IMG/VR virus record: IMGVR_UViG_2609459856_000010
DNA from: a virus
Lineage: Duplodnaviria; Heunggongvirae; Uroviricota; Caudoviricetes
Length of the DNA stretch: 9,718 bases
Strand: one strand, 5' to 3'
Of this stretch, positions 7,819 to 9,718 are shown piece after piece. The position numbers were made by a program, and so were the translations under genes. The stretch's first letter is position 1; each line of letters starts with the position of its first letter. Below the pieces are notes generated by a model. It worked only from the letters and a program-made list of their open reading frames with translations, was not told the origin of the DNA and did no database searches.

Positions 7819-7974
7819 AGCTTCAGCCCCTTGTATCCGTTAAATGATTCGGCAACAATCATCACCCACCACGCGCGTAATCTCCCCCCTGCGCCGTTCT
7901 CCCGCCACGGCGACAACAAAAAGCAGTAACCCCCTCCGCACGCACATGCGACCATGCTGCACAGGGAGGGAAAG

Positions 7975-9084
7975 ATGACCGACACCACCATGCAATTGCT
8001 CAGTCAGGGCACAGACCCCGTGAAAATGCCGGATTTTGATATTCTCGTGGAGGGGGAAACGCTGTCCGGCGTGGCAGAGCGCCTGATGAGCCTGTCACTG
8101 ACCGACAACCGGGGATTTGAAGCGGACCAGCTCACCATCACGCTGGATGATGCGGATGGTCAGTTGCAGCTACCGCCACGGGGCGCGCGCCTGACGGTTC
8201 TCATTGGCTGGAAAGGAGAACCGCTGACAGAAAAAGGCACTTACATTGTTGATGAAATTGCTCATGAAGGACCGCCCGACAGACTGACCATTTCAGCCAG
8301 AAGCGCAGATTTTCGGGATGAATTTAACGTCAAGCGCGAAGTATCCTGGCATGATGTGACCGTTGAACGCGTGGTGTCTGCAATTGCTCACCGATACGGC
8401 CTGAAACCGCAAATCAGCGAAATGCTGATGGATATTGAAATCGACCACGCCGACCAGACCGAAGAAAGCGACATGTCCTTCCTTACGCGCATGGCGGAAA
8501 TGCTGGGCGCAATCACCACGGTAAAAAGCGGCAATCTGTTATTCATCATGCCAGGTGGTGGCGTGAACGCACAGGGCCAGCCGTTGCCCTCGTTCGCCAT
8601 TACACGCAGCAGCGGCGATCGCCATCAGTTCCGTATTGCTGACCGCGAGGCGTATACGGGGGTACGCGCCTACTGGCTTGATCTTAATTACGGGAAAAAG
8701 AAAAAAGTCAGCGTAAAACGCCGTAAACCGCCAAAACCCAAAAAGGAGAAAAGCAGCAGCCGTGAAGGTGATTATATGGAAGGCGCGGAAGGCAATGTGT
8801 TTGTGTTACGCAAGACTTATCAGAACGAGCAGGCAGCAAGACGCGCAGCGGCGGCAAAGTGGCAGCAGCTACAACGCGGAGCCGCAGCGTTCTCCATCAC
8901 ACTGGCACGTGGACGCGCAGAACTCTACCCCGAAATGCATGGCACGGTAACAGGATTTAAAAGCGAGATTGATAATCAGGACTGGATTATTGCAAAAGCC
9001 GAGCACACCATTGATAACAGCGGCTTTACCACGCAGCTTGAGCTTGAGGCAAAAATCCCGGAATGGATAGCAGAAACAGACTGA
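7975..9084 (+). CDS. D: Phage late control / tail protein D (P2 gpD-like)
   Basis: 369 aa from the ATG at 7975, preceded by GGGAGGG; the ORF is open from 7954. Central lysine-rich stretch (KKKKVSVKRRKPPKPKKEK) and overall gpD-like sequence. Followed by ogr, as in P2. Confidence 0.85.
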   Translation: MTDTTMQLLSQGTDPVKMPDFDILVEGETLSGVAERLMSLSLTDNRGFEADQLTITLDDADGQLQLPPRGARLTVLIGWKGEPLTEKGTYIVDEIAHEGPPDRLTISARSADFRDEFNVKREVSWHDVTVERVVSAIAHRYGLKPQISEMLMDIEIDHADQTEESDMSFLTRMAEMLGAITTVKSGNLLFIMPGGGVNAQGQPLPSFAITRSSGDRHQFRIADREAYTGVRAYWLDLNYGKKKKVSVKRRKPPKPKKEKSSSREGDYMEGAEGNVFVLRKTYQNEQAARRAAAAKWQQLQRGAAAFSITLARGRAELYPEMHGTVTGFKSEIDNQDWIIAKAEHTIDNSGFTTQLELEAKIPEWIAETD

Positions 9085-9126
9085 GCAACTTAGAATAGCG
9101 GCAGCACCACGTTAAGGGAGGTCGCT

Positions 9127-9387
9127 ATGTTCCGTTGTCCGCTTTGTGGCGCATCTGCCCGTATCCGCACCAGTCGTCCGGAAAATGATTCAAACACCGT
9201 GCGGCAAAAGTATTACCAGTGTAACAACCTGGAATGCGGCGTATGCTTCTCAACACTGGAAGCTTTCCATAAATTCACATCGAAACACGCCTCCGGCGTT
9301 CACTCATCAGAAGGTATCCCGTGGCATGAGCTGCCAGCTTCACACAGGGGAAACAATCAGATGAGTTTGCCTTTATCTCAGAATTAA
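9127..9387 (+). CDS. ogr: Ogr/Delta-family zinc-finger late transcription activator
   Basis: 86 aa starting MFRCPLCGASARIRTSR, with Cys-X2-Cys ... Cys-X4-Cys (CPLC ... CNNLEC), characteristic of P2 Ogr. Shine-Dalgarno GGGAGG is 5 nt upstream. Confidence 0.85.
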   Translation: MFRCPLCGASARIRTSRPENDSNTVRQKYYQCNNLECGVCFSTLEAFHKFTSKHASGVHSSEGIPWHELPASHRGNNQMSLPLSQN

Positions 9388-9547
9388 CAGGCAGAATTGC
9401 CGGAGTAACAAAAAAGCGATAGATTACGCGCGGGTGCCTTTCGGCTGATGGTCGGAGGGAATACCCGAAGGCCAGATGTGGAAAGGCCCCGGAAAACATC
9501 TCTGTTTAACCGAGGCCCTAACCGCATTACCTTAGCAAGTGATAGGT

Positions 9548-9577
9548 TAGCGCCTCCCTGAAAAAGGAGCAAGCGCT
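9548..9577 (+). promoter_or_regulatory. Possible Shine-Dalgarno-sequestering hairpin in the hok-like leader
   Basis: AGCGC (9548-9552) can pair with GCGCT (9573-9577), and CTCC (9554-9557) with the GGAG of the Shine-Dalgarno (9566-9569), enclosing the ribosome binding site up to the ATG. By-eye prediction only. Confidence 0.25.
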
Positions 9578-9718
9578 ATGTCGCAAAAATCGCTTACGGC
9601 CATCACGTTCTGCGTGACGGCAATCCTCATCATCTGGATGCTGCACGGTTCGCTGTGCGAAATACGGATGAGCTTCTGGGGAGCGGAGTTTGCGGCGTTC
9701 TTACAGTGTAAGCAGTAA
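9578..9718 (+). CDS. Hok/Gef-family type I toxin (small membrane peptide), 46 aa
   Basis: ATG at 9578 with AAGGAG 8 nt upstream; the stop is at 9716-9718. Not in the supplied ORF track because it is short. Translation: MSQKSLTAITFCVTAILIIWMLHGSLCEIRMSFWGAEFAAFLQCKQ. It has an N-terminal transmembrane helix followed by SLCEIR-x6-E-x-AAF, which aligns with the conserved SLCEIRYRDGHREVAAF core of Hok as I recall it. Confidence 0.6.
   Translation: MSQKSLTAITFCVTAILIIWMLHGSLCEIRMSFWGAEFAAFLQCKQ

Noticed and set aside
6885-7929. ORFs 6885..7226 (-), 6989..7195 (+), 7332..7514 (+) and 7519..7929 (+) within or opposite the sheath gene
   Set aside because: Out-of-frame or antisense overlaps of the sheath CDS. 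The + strand ORF ending at 7929 runs into the FI-D spacer but has no ribosome binding site and a junk-like translation.
9146-9572. ORFs 9146..9364 (+), 9275..9499 (-) and 9384..9572 (-) around ogr and the hok-like leader
   Set aside because: 9146..9364 is an alternative frame inside ogr. The minus-strand ORFs are antisense to ogr and the toxin leader and look non-coding. An antisense RNA (sok-like) may well exist here, but not as a protein-coding gene.
1-9718. Scanned for CRISPR repeats, tRNA/rRNA genes and IS-element terminal inverted repeats
   Set aside because: No regularly spaced direct repeats, no tRNA-like cloverleaf candidates and no transposase ORFs were apparent. Coding density is fully accounted for by the phage genes.

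Overview
This window reads as the late/tail region of a P2-like (Peduovirus-type) myovirus prophage from an enterobacterium. All calls are from reading the ORF translations and the DNA by eye; no searches were run. Left to right: (1) a tail-fiber host-range switch of the Mu G-segment / Hin-Gin-Cin-Pin type: the 3' end of a tail fiber gene (+), a tail fiber assembly gene (+), a second convergent tail fiber assembly gene (-), a silent alternative fiber C-terminal cassette (-), a 26-bp hix/gix-like crossover site and a serine DNA invertase (+). (2) The P2-type tail operon FI (sheath), FII (tube), E with its E' frameshift extension, T (tape measure) and U, all on the minus strand. (3) gpD and the Ogr zinc-finger late activator on the plus strand. 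(4) A small Hok/Gef-family type I toxin ORF with a structured leader at the right edge. The main points for a second look are that the FI-U block is inverted relative to the fiber genes and D/ogr (canonical P2 order is H-G-FI-FII-E-T-U-D-ogr on one strand), and the Hok-like toxin cargo beside ogr. No tRNA, rRNA, CRISPR array or IS element was recognised.
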